In this document: positions 51,801 to 64,000 of the stretch, piece by piece
Numbering within the stretch: position 1 is the stretch's first letter
Layout: each line of letters starts with the position of its first letter
Origin: Azolla caroliniana
Taxonomy: Eukaryota; Plantae; Polypodiophyta
Direction of reading: 5' to 3'
DNA length: 64,000 nt
Assembly: GCA_043228905.1 (NCBI GenBank)
Contig: JBHGNT010000025.1
Span: 310,001 to 374,000 of the forward strand
Position numbers and translations under genes: made by a program
The notes under the pieces: generated by a model
What the model was told of the DNA's origin: nothing
The model's database searches: none
Seen by the model: the letters and a program-made list of their open reading frames with translations, nothing else

Positions 51801-54800
51801 AGATTTTGAAACTCAGGTCGAGAGATATGAAGAAATTAGCAATCTTGAGGAGGGAGTTGAGAGGAGCCCTTGAGTATATTAAAATGTTTATACCTGGCTC
51901 GTGTGATATCGGATTTTTGTGTTCAAACATGCGAATCGAAGCTAACAACGCTAGCTATGACATGGTATTAAAAAATCAAGAGTTTGAAACTCAGGTGGAG
52001 AGACATGACGAAATTACCTAATTTGAGGAGTGAGTTGAGAGGAGCCCTTGAGTACATTAAAATGTTCATACCTGGCTCGTGTGATATCAGATTTTTGTGT
52101 TCAAACATGCGAATCGAAGCTAACAATGCTAGCTATTATATGGAACTAAAAAATCAAGATTTTGAAACTCAGGTCGAGAGATATGAAGAAATTAGCAATC
52201 TTGAGGAGGGAGTTGAGAGGAGCCCTTGAGTACATTAAAATGTTCATACCTGGCACGTGTGATATCGGATTTTTGTGTTCAAACATGCGAATCGAAGCTC
52301 AGGTCGACAGATATGAAGAAATTAGCAATCTTGAGGAGGGAGTTGAAAAAATCAAGAGTTTGAAACTCAGGTGGAGAGACATGACGAAATTACCTAATTT
52401 GAGGAGTGAGTTGAGAGGAGCCCTTGAGTACATTAAAATGTTCATACCTGGCGCGTGTGATATCGGATTTTTGTGTTCAAACATGCGAATCAAAGCTAAC
52501 AACGCTAGCTATGATATGGTATTAAAAAATCATGATTTTGAAATTGAGGTCGAGAGACATGAAGAAATTAGCAATCATGAGGAGGAAGTTGAAAGGAGCC
52601 CTTGAGTAAATTAAAATGTTCATACCTGGCGCGTGTGATATCGGATTTTTGTGTTCAAACATGCGAATCGAAGCTCACAACGCTAGCTATGATATGGTAT
52701 TAAAAAATCATGATTTTGAAATTGAGGTCGAGAGACATGAAGAAATTAGCAATCATGAGGAGGAAGTTGAAAGGAGCCCTTGAGTAAATTAAAATGTTCA
52801 TACCTGGCGCGTGTGATATCGGATTTTTGTGTTCAAACATGTGAATCCTAGCTAACAACGCTAGCTATGACATGGTATTAAGAAATCAAGATTTTGAAAC
52901 TCAGGTCGAGAGATATTACGAAATTACCTACTTTGAGGAGGGAGTTGAGACGACCTAGTAGGTAAATTTAAATGTTCATACCTGGCTCGTGTGATATCGG
53001 ATTTTTGTGTTCAAACATGCGAATCAAAGCTAACAACGCTAGCTATGATATGGAACTAAAAAATCAAGATTTTGAAACTCAGGTCGAGAGATATGAAGAA
53101 ATTAGCAATCTTGAGGAGGGAGTTGAGAGGAGCCCTTGAGTACATTAAAATTTTCATACCTGGCTCGTGTGATATCGGATTTTTGTGTTGAAACATGCGA
53201 ATCGAAGCTAACAATGCTAGCTATGACATGGTATTAAAAAATCAAGATTTTCAAAGTCAAGTCGAGAGACATGACGAAATTACCTAATTTGAGGAGTGAG
53301 TTGAGACGACCTAGTAGGTAAATTAAAATGTTCATACCTGGCTCGTGTGATATCGGATTTTTGTGTTCAAACATGCGAATCAAGCTAACAACGCTAGCTA
53401 TTATATGGAACTAAAAAATCAAGATTTTGAAACTCAGGTCGAGAGATATGAAGAAATTAGCAATCTTGAGGAGGGAGTTGAGAGGAGCACTTGAGTATAT
53501 TAAAATGTTTATACCTGGCTCGTGTGATATCGGATTTTTGTGTTCAAACATGCGAATCGAAGCTAACAACGCTAGCTATGACATGTTATTAAAAAATCAA
53601 GATTTTGAAACTCAGGTAGAGAGACATGACGAAATTACCTAATTTGAGGAGTGAGTTGAGAGGAGCCCTTGAGTACATTACAATGTTCATACCTGGCGCG
53701 TGTGATATCGGATTTTTGTGTTCAAACATGCGAATCGAAGCTAACAATGCTAGCTATTATATGGAACTAAAAAATCAAGATTTTGAAACTCAGGTCGAGA
53801 GATATGAAGAAATTAGCAATCTTGAGGAGGGAGTTGAGAGGAGCCCTTGAGTAAATTAAAATGTTCATACCTGGCACGTGTGATATCGGATTTTTGTGTT
53901 CAAACATGCGAATCGAAGCTAACAATGCTAGCTATTATATGGAACTAAAAAATCAAGATTTTGAAACTCAGGTCGAGAGATATGAAGAAATTAGCAATCT
54001 TGAGGAGGGAGTTGAGAGGAGCCCTTGAGTACATTAAAATGTTCATACCTGGCGCGTGTGATATCGGATTTTTGTGTTCAAACATGCGAATCGAAGCTAA
54101 CAACACTAGCTATTCTATGGAACTAAAAAATCAAGATTTTGAAACTCAGGTCAAGAGATATGAAGAAATTAGCAATCTTGAGGAGGGAGTTGAGAGGAGC
54201 CCTTGAGTATATTAAAATGTTTATACCTGGCTCGTGTGATATCGGATTTTTGTGTTCAAACATGCGAATCGAAGCTAACAACGCTAGCTATGACATGGTA
54301 TTAAAAAATCAAGAGTTTGAAACTCAGGTGGAGAGACATGACGAAATTACCTAATTTGAGGAGTGAGTTGAGAGGAGCCCTTGAGTACATTAAAATGTTC
54401 ATACCTGGCTCGTGTGATATCAGATTTTTGTGTTCAAACATGCGAATCGAAGCTAACAATGCTAGCTATTATATGGAACTAAAAAATCAAGATTTTGAAA
54501 CTCAGGTCGAGAGATATGAAGAAATTAGCAATCTTGAGGAGGGAGTTGAGAGGAGCCCTTGAGTACATTAAAATGTTCATACCTGGCACGTGTGATATCG
54601 GATTTTTGTGTTCAAACATGCGAATCGAAGCTAACAACGCTAGCTATGACATGGTATTAAAAAATCAAGAGTTTGAAACTCAGGTGGAGAGACATGACGA
54701 AATTACCTAATTTGAGGAGTGAGTTGAGAGGAGCCCTTGAGTACATTAAAATGTTCATACCTGGCTCGTGTGATATCGGATTTTTGTGTTCAAACATGCG

Positions 54801-57065
54801 AATCGAAGCTAACAATGCTAGCTATTATATGGAACTAAAAAATCAAGATTTTGAAACTCAGGTCGAGAGATATGAAGAAATTAGCAATCTTGAGGAGGGA
54901 GTTGAGAGGAGCCCTTCAGTACATTAAAATGTTCATACCTGGCGCGTGTGATATCGGATTTTTGTGTTCAAACATGCGAATCGAAGCTAACAATGCTAGC
55001 TATTCTATGGAACTAAAAAATCAAGATTTTGAAACTCAGGTCGAGAGATATGAAGAAATTAGCAATCTTGAGGAGGGAGTTGAGAGGAGCCCTTGAGTAC
55101 ATTAAAATGTTCATACCTGGCGCGTGTGATATCGGATTTTTGTGTTCAAACATGCGAATCGAAGCTAACAATGCTAGCTATTATATGGAACTAAAAAATC
55201 AAGATTTTGAAACTCAGGTCGAGAGATATGAAGAAATTAGCAATCTTGAGGAGGGAGTTGAGAGGAGCCCTTGAGTACATTAAAATGTTCATACCTGGCG
55301 CGTGTGATATCGGATTTTTGTGTTCAAACATGCGAATCGAAGCTAACAACACTTGCTATTCTATGGAACTAAAAAATCAAGATTTTGAAATTCAGGTCGA
55401 GAGATATGAAGAAATTAGCAATCTTGAGGAGGGAGTTGAGAGGAGCCCTTGAGTAAATTAAAATGTTCATACGTGGCTCGTGTGATATCGGATTTTTGTG
55501 TTCAAACATGCGAATCGAAGCTCACAACGCTAGCTATGATATGGTATTAAAAAATCATGATTTTGAAATTGAGGTCGAGAGACATGAAGAAATTAGCAAT
55601 CTTGAGGAGGAAGTTGAAAGGAGCCCTTGAGTACATTAAAATGTTCATACCTGGCGCGTGTGATATCGGATTTTTGTGTTCAAACATGCGAATCGAAGCT
55701 AACAACGCTAGCTATGACATGGTATTAAAAAATCAAGAGTTTGAAACTCAGGTGGAGAGACATGACGAAATTACCTAATTTGAGGAGTGAGTTGAGAGGA
55801 GCCCTTGAGTACATTAAAATGTTCATACCTGGCTCGTGTGATATCGGATTTTTGTGTTCAAACATGCGAATCGAAGCTAACAATGCTAGCTATTATATGG
55901 AACTAAAAAATCAAGATTTTGAAACTCAGGTCGAGAGATATGAAGAAATTAGCAATCTTGAGGAGGGAGTTGAGAGGAGCCCTTCAGTACATTAAAATGT
56001 TCATACCTGGCGCGTGTGATATCGGATTTTTGTGTTCAAACATGCGAATCGAAGCTAACAATGCTAGCTATTCTATGGAACTAAAAAATCAAGATTTTGA
56101 AACTCAGGTCGAGAGATATGAAGAAATTAGCAATCTTGAGGAGGGAGTTGAGAGGAGCCCTTGAGTACATTAAAATGTTCATACCTGGCGCGTGTGATAT
56201 CGGATTTTTGTGTTCAAACATGCGAATCGAAGCTAACAATGCTAGCTATTATATGGAACTAAAAAATCAAGATTTTGAAACTCAGGTCGAGAGATATGAA
56301 GAAATTAGCAATCTTGAGGAGGGAGTTGAGAGGAGCCCTTGAGTACATTAAAATGTTCATACCTGGCGCGTGTGATATCGGATTTTTGTGTTCAAACATG
56401 CGAATCGAAGCTAACAACACTTGCTATTCTATGGAACTAAAAAATCAAGATTTTGAAATTCAGGTCGAGAGATATGAAGAAATTAGCAATCTTGAGGAGG
56501 GAGTTGAGAGGAGCCCTTGAGTAAATTAAAATGTTCATACGTGGCTCGTGTGATATCGGATTTTTGTGTTCAAACATGCGAATCGAAGCTCACAACGCTA
56601 GCTATGATATGGTATTAAAAAATCATGATTTTGAAATTGAGGTCGAGAGACATGAAGAAATTAGCAATCATGAGGAGGAAGTTGAAAGGAGCCCTTGAGT
56701 AAATTAAAATGTTCATACCTGGCGCGTGTGATATCGGATTTTTGTGTTCAAACATGTGAATCCTAGCTAACAACGCTAGCTATGACATGGTATTAAGAAA
56801 TCAAGATTTTGAAACTCAGGTCGAGAGATATTACGAAATTACCTACTTTGAGGAGGGAGTTGAGACGACCTAGTAGGTAAATTTAAATGTTCATACCTGG
56901 CTCGTGTGATATCGGATTTTTGTGTTCAAACATGCGAATCAAAGCTAACAACGCTAGCTATGATATGGAACTAAAAAATCAAGATTTTGAAACTCAGGTC
57001 GAGAGATATGAAGAAATTAGCAATCTTGAGGAGGGAGTTGAGAGGAGCCCTTGAGTACATTAAAA
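45545..57065. repeat. 5715-bp tandem duplication (two near-identical copies), each containing an internal 1068-bp 6-mer duplication
   Basis: Registers 45557/51272, 46447/52162, 48246/53961 and 50560/56275 are all +5715. The private marker GGTCAAGAG occurs at ~48435 and ~54150. The internal 1068 period is seen at 48958/50026 and 54673/55741. Confidence 0.93.
46560..46660. repeat. Compound rearranged monomer (two junctions ~46 bp apart, register shift +20/-158 bp); 3 copies
   Basis: CGAAGCT|CAGGTCGACAGATATG...GGGAGTTG|AAAAAATCAAGAG at ~46584, ~52299 and ~61394. Confidence 0.95.
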
Positions 57066-60000
57066 TTTTCATACCTGGCTCGTGTGATATCGGATTTTTG
57101 TGTTGAAACATGCGAATCGAAGCTAACAATGCTAGCTATGACATGGTATTAAAAAATCAAGATTTTCAAAGTCAAGTCGAGAGACATGACGAAATTACCT
57201 AATTTGAGGAGTGAGTTGAGACGACCTAGTAGGTAAATTAAAATGTTCATACCTGGCTCGTGTGATATCGGATTTTTGTGTTCAAACATGCGAATCAAGC
57301 TAACAACGCTAGCTATTATATGGAACTAAAAAATCAAGATTTTGAAACTCAGGTCGAGAGATATGAAGAAATTAGCAATCTTGAGGAGGGAGTTGAGAGG
57401 AGCACTTGAGTATATTAAAATGTTTATACCTGGCTCGTGTGATATCGGATTTTTGTGTTCAAACATGCGAATCGAAGCTAACAACGCTAGCTATGACATG
57501 TTATTAAAAAATCAAGATTTTGAAACTCAGGTAGAGAGACATGACGAAATTACCTAATTTGAGGAGTGAGTTGAGAGGAGCCCTTGAGTACATTACAATG
57601 TTCATACCTGGCGCGTGTGATATCGGATTTTTGTGTTCAAACATGCGAATCGAAGCTAACAATGCTAGCTATTATATGGAACTAAAAAATCAAGATTTTG
57701 AAACTCAGGTCGAGAGATATGAAGAAATTAGCAATCTTGAGGAGGGAGTTGAGAGGAGCCCTTGAGTACATTAAAATGTTCATACCTGGCACGTGTGATA
57801 TCGGATTTTTGTGTTCAAACATGCGAATCGAAGCTAACAATGCTAGCTATTATATGGAACTAAAAAATCAAGATTTTGAAACTCAGGTCGAGAGATATGA
57901 AGAAATTAGCAATCTTGAGGAGGGAGTTGAGAGGAGCCCTTGAGTACATTAAAATGTTCATACCTGGCGCGTGTGATATCGGATTTTTGTGTTCAAACAT
58001 GCGAATCGAAGCTAACAATGCTAGCTATTATATGGAACTAAAAAATCAAGATTTTGAAACTCAGGTCGAGAGATATGAAGAAATTAGCAATCTTGAGGAG
58101 GGAGTTGAGAGGAGCCCTTGAGTACATTAAAATGTTCATACCTGGCGCGTGTGATATCGGATTTTTGTGTTCAAACATGCGAATCGAAGCTAACAACACT
58201 TGCTATTCTATGGAACTAAAAAATCAAGATTTTGAAATTCAGGTCGAGAGATATGAAGAAATTAGCAATCTTGAGGAGGGAGTTGAGAGGAGCCCTTGAG
58301 TAAATTAAAATGTTCATACGTGGCTCGTGTGATATCGGATTTTTGTGTTCAAACATGCGAATCGAAGCTCACAACGCTAGCTATGATATGGTATTAAAAA
58401 ATCATGATTTTGAAATTGAGGTCGAGAGACATGAAGAAATTAGCAATCTTGAGGAGGAAGTTGAAAGGAGCCCTTGAGTACATTAAAATGTTCATACCTG
58501 GCGCGTGTGATATCGGATTTTTGTGTTCAAACATGCGAATCGAAGCTAACAACGCTAGCTATGACATGGTATTAAAAAATCAAGAGTTTGAAACTCAGGT
58601 GGAGAGACATGACGAAATTACCTAATTTGAGGAGTGAGTTGAGAGGAGCCCTTGAGTACATTAAAATGTTCATACCTGGCTCGTGTGATATCGGATTTTT
58701 GTGTTCAAACATGCGAATCGAAGCTAACAATGCTAGCTATTATATGGAACTAAAAAATCAAGATTTTGAAACTCAGGTCGAGAGATATGAAGAAATTAGC
58801 AATCTTGAGGAGGGAGTTGAGAGGAGCCCTTCAGTACATTAAAATGTTCATACCTGGCGCGTGTGATATCGGATTTTTGTGTTCAAACATGCGAATCGAA
58901 GCTAACAATGCTAGCTATTCTATGGAACTAAAAAATCAAGATTTTGAAACTCAGGTCGAGAGATATGAAGAAATTAGCAATCTTGAGGAGGGAGTTGAGA
59001 GGAGCCCTTGAGTACATTAAAATGTTCATACCTGGCGCGTGTGATATCGGATTTTTGTGTTCAAACATGCGAATCGAAGCTAACAATGCTAGCTATTATA
59101 TGGAACTAAAAAATCAAGATTTTGAAACTCAGGTCGAGAGATATGAAGAAATTAGCAATCTTGAGGAGGGAGTTGAGAGGAGCCCTTGAGTACATTAAAA
59201 TGTTCATACCTGGCGCGTGTGATATCGGATTTTTGTGTTCAAACATGCGAATCGAAGCTAACAACACTTGCTATTCTATGGAACTAAAAAATCAAGATTT
59301 TGAAATTCAGGTCGAGAGATATGAAGAAATTAGCAATCTTGAGGAGGGAGTTGAGAGGAGCCCTTGAGTAAATTAAAATGTTCATACGTGGCTCGTGTGA
59401 TATCGGATTTTTGTGTTCAAACATGCGAATCGAAGCTCACAACGCTAGCTATGATATGGTATTAAAAAATCATGATTTTGAAATTGAGGTCGAGAGACAT
59501 GAAGAAATTAGCAATCATGAGGAGGAAGTTGAAAGGAGCCCTTGAGTAAATTAAAATGTTCATACCTGGCGCGTGTGATATCGGATTTTTGTGTTCAAAC
59601 ATGTGAATCCTAGCTAACAACGCTAGCTATGACATGGTATTAAGAAATCAAGATTTTGAAACTCAGGTCGAGAGATATTACGAAATTACCTACTTTGAGG
59701 AGGGAGTTGAGACGACCTAGTAGGTAAATTTAAATGTTCATACCTGGCTCGTGTGATATCGGATTTTTGTGTTCAAACATGCGAATCAAAGCTAACAACG
59801 CTAGCTATGATATGGAACTAAAAAATCAAGATTTTGAAACTCAGGTCGAGAGATATGAAGAAATTAGCAATCTTGAGGAGGGAGTTGAGAGGAGCCCTTG
59901 AGTACATTAAAATTTTCATACCTGGCTCGTGTGATATCGGATTTTTGTGTTGAAACATGCGAATCGAAGCTAACAATGCTAGCTATGACATGGTATTAAA

Positions 60001-60860
60001 AAATCAAGATTTTCAAAGTCAAGTCGAGAGACATGACGAAATTACCTAATTTGAGGAGTGAGTTGAGACGACCTAGTAGGTAAATTAAAATGTTCATACC
60101 TGGCTCGTGTGATATCGGATTTTTGTGTTCAAACATGCGAATCAAGCTAACAACGCTAGCTATTATATGGAACTAAAAAATCAAGATTTTGAAACTCAGG
60201 TCGAGAGATATGAAGAAATTAGCAATCTTGAGGAGGGAGTTGAGAGGAGCACTTGAGTATATTAAAATGTTTATACCTGGCTCGTGTGATATCGGATTTT
60301 TGTGTTCAAACATGCGAATCGAAGCTAACAACGCTAGCTATGACATGTTATTAAAAAATCAAGATTTTGAAACTCAGGTAGAGAGACATGACGAAATTAC
60401 CTAATTTGAGGAGTGAGTTGAGAGGAGCCCTTGAGTACATTACAATGTTCATACCTGGCGCGTGTGATATCGGATTTTTGTGTTCAAACATGCGAATCGA
60501 AGCTAACAATGCTAGCTATTATATGGAACTAAAAAATCAAGATTTTGAAACTCAGGTCGAGAGATATGAAGAAATTAGCAATCTTGAGGAGGGAGTTGAG
60601 AGGAGCCCTTGAGTACATTAAAATGTTCATACCTGGCACGTGTGATATCGGATTTTTGTGTTCAAACATGCGAATCGAAGCTAACAATGCTAGCTATTAT
60701 ATGGAACTAAAAAATCAAGATTTTGAAACTCAGGTCGAGAGATATGAAGAAATTAGCAATCTTGAGGAGGGAGTTGAGAGGAGCCCTTGAGTACATTAAA
60801 ATGTTCATACCTGGCGCGTGTGATATCGGATTTTTGTGTTCAAACATGCGAATCGAAGCT
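55020..60860. repeat. 2847-bp (16-mer) tandem duplication
   Basis: Registers 55029/57876, 55207/58054, 57342/60189 and 57698/60545 are all +2847 (16x178-1). Markers are ACACTTGCT, GAAATTCAGG and CATACGTGG. Confidence 0.9.
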
Positions 60861-63800
60861 AACAACACTAGCTATTCTATGGAACTAAAAAATCAAGATT
60901 TTGAAACTCAGGTCGAGAGATATGAAGAAATTAGCAATCTTGAGGAGGGAGTTGAGAGGAGCCCTTGAGTATATTAAAATGTTTATACCTGGCTCGTGTG
61001 ATATCGGATTTTTGTGTTCAAACATGCGAATCGAAGCTAACAACGCTAGCTATGACATGGTATTAAAAAATCAAGAGTTTGAAACTCAGGTGGAGAGACA
61101 TGACGAAATTACCTAATTTGAGGAGTGAGTTGAGAGGAGCCCTTGAGTACATTAAAATGTTCATACCTGGCTCGTGTGATATCAGATTTTTGTGTTCAAA
61201 CATGCGAATCGAAGCTAACAATGCTAGCTATTATATGGAACTAAAAAATCAAGATTTTGAAACTCAGGTCGAGAGATATGAAGAAATTAGCAATCTTGAG
61301 GAGGGAGTTGAGAGGAGCCCTTGAGTACATTAAAATGTTCATACCTGGCACGTGTGATATCGGATTTTTGTGTTCAAACATGCGAATCGAAGCTCAGGTC
61401 GACAGATATGAAGAAATTAGCAATCTTGAGGAGGGAGTTGAAAAAATCAAGAGTTTGAAACTCAGGTGGAGAGACATGACGAAATTACCTAATTTGAGGA
61501 GTGAGTTGAGAGGAGCCCTTGAGTACATTAAAATGTTCATACCTGGCGCGTGTGATATCGGATTTTTGTGTTCAAACATGCGAATCGAAGCTCACAACGC
61601 TAGCTATGATATGGTATTAAAAAATCATGATTTTGAAATTGAGGTCGAGAGACATGAAGAAATTAGCAATCATGAGGAGGAACTTGAAAGGAGCCCTTGA
61701 GTAAATTAAAATGTTCATACCTGGCGCGTGTGATATCGGATTTTTGTGTTCAAACATGCGAATCGAAGCTCACAACGCTAGCTATGATATGGTATTAAAA
61801 AATCATGATTTTGAAATTGAGGTCGAGAGACATGAAGAAATTAGCAATCATGAGGAGGAAGTTGAAAGGAGCCCTTGAGTAAATTAAAATGTTCATACCT
61901 GGCGCGTGTGATATCGGATTTTTGTGTTCAAACATGTGAATCCTAGCTAACAACGCTAGCTATGACATGGTATTAAGAAATCAAGATTTTGAAACTCAGG
62001 TCGAGAGATATTACGAAATTACCTACTTTGAGGAGGGAGTTGAGACGACCTAGTAGGTAAATTAAAATGTTCATACCTGGCTCGTGTGATATCGGATTTT
62101 TGTGTTCAAACATGCGAATCAAAGCTAACAACGCTAGCTATGATATGGAACTAAAAAATCAAGATTTTGAAACTCAGGTCGAGAGATATGAAGAAATTAG
62201 CAATCTTGAGGAGGGAGTTGAGAGGAGCCCTTGAGTACATTAAAATGTTCATACCTGGCGCGTGTGATATCTGATTTTTGTGTTCAAACATGCGAATCGA
62301 AGCTAACAACGCTAGCTATTATATGGAACTAAAAAGTCAAGATTTTGAAACTCAGGTCGAGAGATATGAAGAAATTAGCAATCTTGAGGAGGGAGTTGAG
62401 AGGAGCCCTTGAGTACATTAAAATGTTCATACCTGGCGCGTGTGATATCGGATTTTTGTGTTCAGACATGCGAATCGAAGCTAACAACGCTAGCTATTCT
62501 ATGGAACTAAAAAATCAAGATTTTGAAACTCAGGTCGAGAGATATGAAGAAATTAGCAATCTTGAGGAGGGAGTTGAGAGGAGCCCTTGAGTATATTAAA
62601 ATGTTTATACCTGGCTCGTGTGATATCGGATTTTTGTGTTCAAACATGCGAATCGAAGCTAACAACGCTAGCTATGACATGGTATTAAAAAATCAAGAGT
62701 TTGAAACTCAGGTGGAGAGACATGACGAAATTACCTAATTTAAGGAGTGAGTTGAGAGGAGCCCTTGAGTACATTAAAATGTTCATACCTGGCTCGTGTG
62801 ATATCAGATTTTTGTGTTCAAACATGCGAATCGAAGCTAACAATGCTAGCTATTATATGGAACTAAAAAATCAAGATTTTGAAACTCAGGTCGAGAGATA
62901 TGAAGAAATTAGCAATCTTGAGGAGGGAGTTGAGAGGAGCCCTTGAGTACATTAAAATGTTCATACCTGGCACGTGTGATATCGGATTTTTGTGTTCAAA
63001 CATGCGAATCGAAGCTAACAATGCTAGCTATTATATGGAACTAAAAAATCAAGATTTTGAAACTCAGGTCGAGAGATATGAAGAAATTAGCAATCTTGAG
63101 GAGGGAGTTGAGAGGAGCCCTTGAGTACATTAAAATGTTCATACCTGGCGCGTGTGATATCGGATTTTTGTGTTCAAACATGCGAATCGAAGCTAACAAC
63201 ACTAGCTATTCTATGGAACTAAAAAATCAAGATTTTGAAACTCAGGTCGAGAGATATGAAGAAATTAGCAATCTTGAGGAGGGAGTTGAGAGGAGCCCTT
63301 GAGTATATTAAAATGTTTATACCTGGCTCGTGTGATATCGGATTTTTGTGTTCAAACATGCGAATCGAAGCTAACAACGCTAGCTATGACATGGTATTAA
63401 AAAATCAAGAGTTTGAAACTCAGGTGGAGAGACATGACGAAATTACCTAATTTGAGGAGTGAGTTGAGAGGAGCCCTTGAGTACATTAAAATGTTCATAC
63501 CTGGCTCGTGTGATATCGGATTTTTGTGTTCAAACATGCGAATCGAAGCTAACAATGCTAGCTATTCTATGGAACTAAAAAATCAAGATTTTGAAACTCA
63601 GGTCGAGAGATATGAAGAAATTAGCAATCTTGAGGAGGGAGTTGAGAGGAGCCCTTGAGTACATTAAAATGTTCATACCTGGCGCGTGTGATATCGGATT
63701 TTTGTGTTCAAACATGCGAATCGAAGCTAACAATGCTAGCTATTATATGGAACTAAAAAATCAAGATTTTGAAACTCAGGTCGACAGATATGAAGAAATT

Positions 63801-64000
63801 AGCAATCTTGAGGAGGGAGTTGAGAGGAGCCCTTGAGTACATTAAAATGTTCATACCTGGCGCGTGTGATATCGGATTTTTGTGTTCAAACATGCGAATC
63901 GAAGCTCACAACGCTAGCTATGATATGGTATTAAAAAATCATGATTTTGAAATTGAGGTCGAGAGACATGAAGAAATTAGCAATCATGAGGAGGAAGTTG

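Larger units (their letters stand above)
1..64000. repeat. 178-bp satellite DNA tandem array (~360 monomers, single orientation; probable centromeric/heterochromatic satellite of a eukaryote, family not recognised)
   Basis: The motif TTGAAACTCAGG recurs at 59, 237, 415, 593 and onward in 178-bp steps to the window end. Consensus read from the sequence: AACATGCGAATCGAAGCTAACAACGCTAGCTATTATATGGAACTAAAAAATCAAGATTTTGAAACTCAGGTCGAGAGATATGAAGAAATTAGCAATCTTGAGGAGGGAGTTGAGAGGAGCCCTTGAGTACATTAAAATGTTCATACCTGGCGCGTGTGATATCGGATTTTTGTGTTCA (69/178 G+C). The array runs off both ends. Chromosomal location is inferred only. Confidence 0.99.

Noticed and set aside
59-63836. Hundreds of near-identical 62-91 aa ORFs (MKLRSRDMKK...) as a tandem gene family
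   Set aside because: Most start at TTG within the repeat, overlap each other and shift frame every monomer because 178 is not divisible by 3. They are freely broken by stops and 1-bp indels and show no recognisable domain.
1-64000. CRISPR-like array (conserved core as repeat, variable part as spacer)
   Set aside because: The variable parts are homologous alleles of one sequence rather than unique spacers. The unit is 178 bp, and there is no leader or cas gene.
1-64000. Transposon insertion, inversion, telomeric repeats or 5S rDNA units within the array
   Set aside because: Monomer register is accounted for throughout by 178/177-bp units plus the three truncated types. I saw no foreign sequence, strand switch or 5S motif.

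Overview
The whole 64 kb window is one uninterrupted, head-to-tail tandem array of a 178-bp, ~39% GC satellite monomer (~360 copies, single orientation). I see no genes, transposon insertions, RNA genes or unique sequence. All ORFs in the track are artefacts of the repeat. The nucleosome-scale monomer length and the array architecture fit a eukaryotic centromeric/pericentromeric or subtelomeric satellite, but I do not recognise the family and it is not Arabidopsis CEN178. The informative structure is higher order. There is a succession of local higher-order repeats (HORs) with periods of 3683/4341, 2135, 2275, 2313, 890, 1601/1067 nested in 4269, 5715, 1068 and 2847 bp. Three recurrent truncated or rearranged monomer types have junctions at internal microhomologies. 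The monomer has a conserved core next to a modular polymorphic half, many variants are CpG transitions, and diagnostic variants turn over at about 28 kb. I found no evidence of a novel gene-based system.
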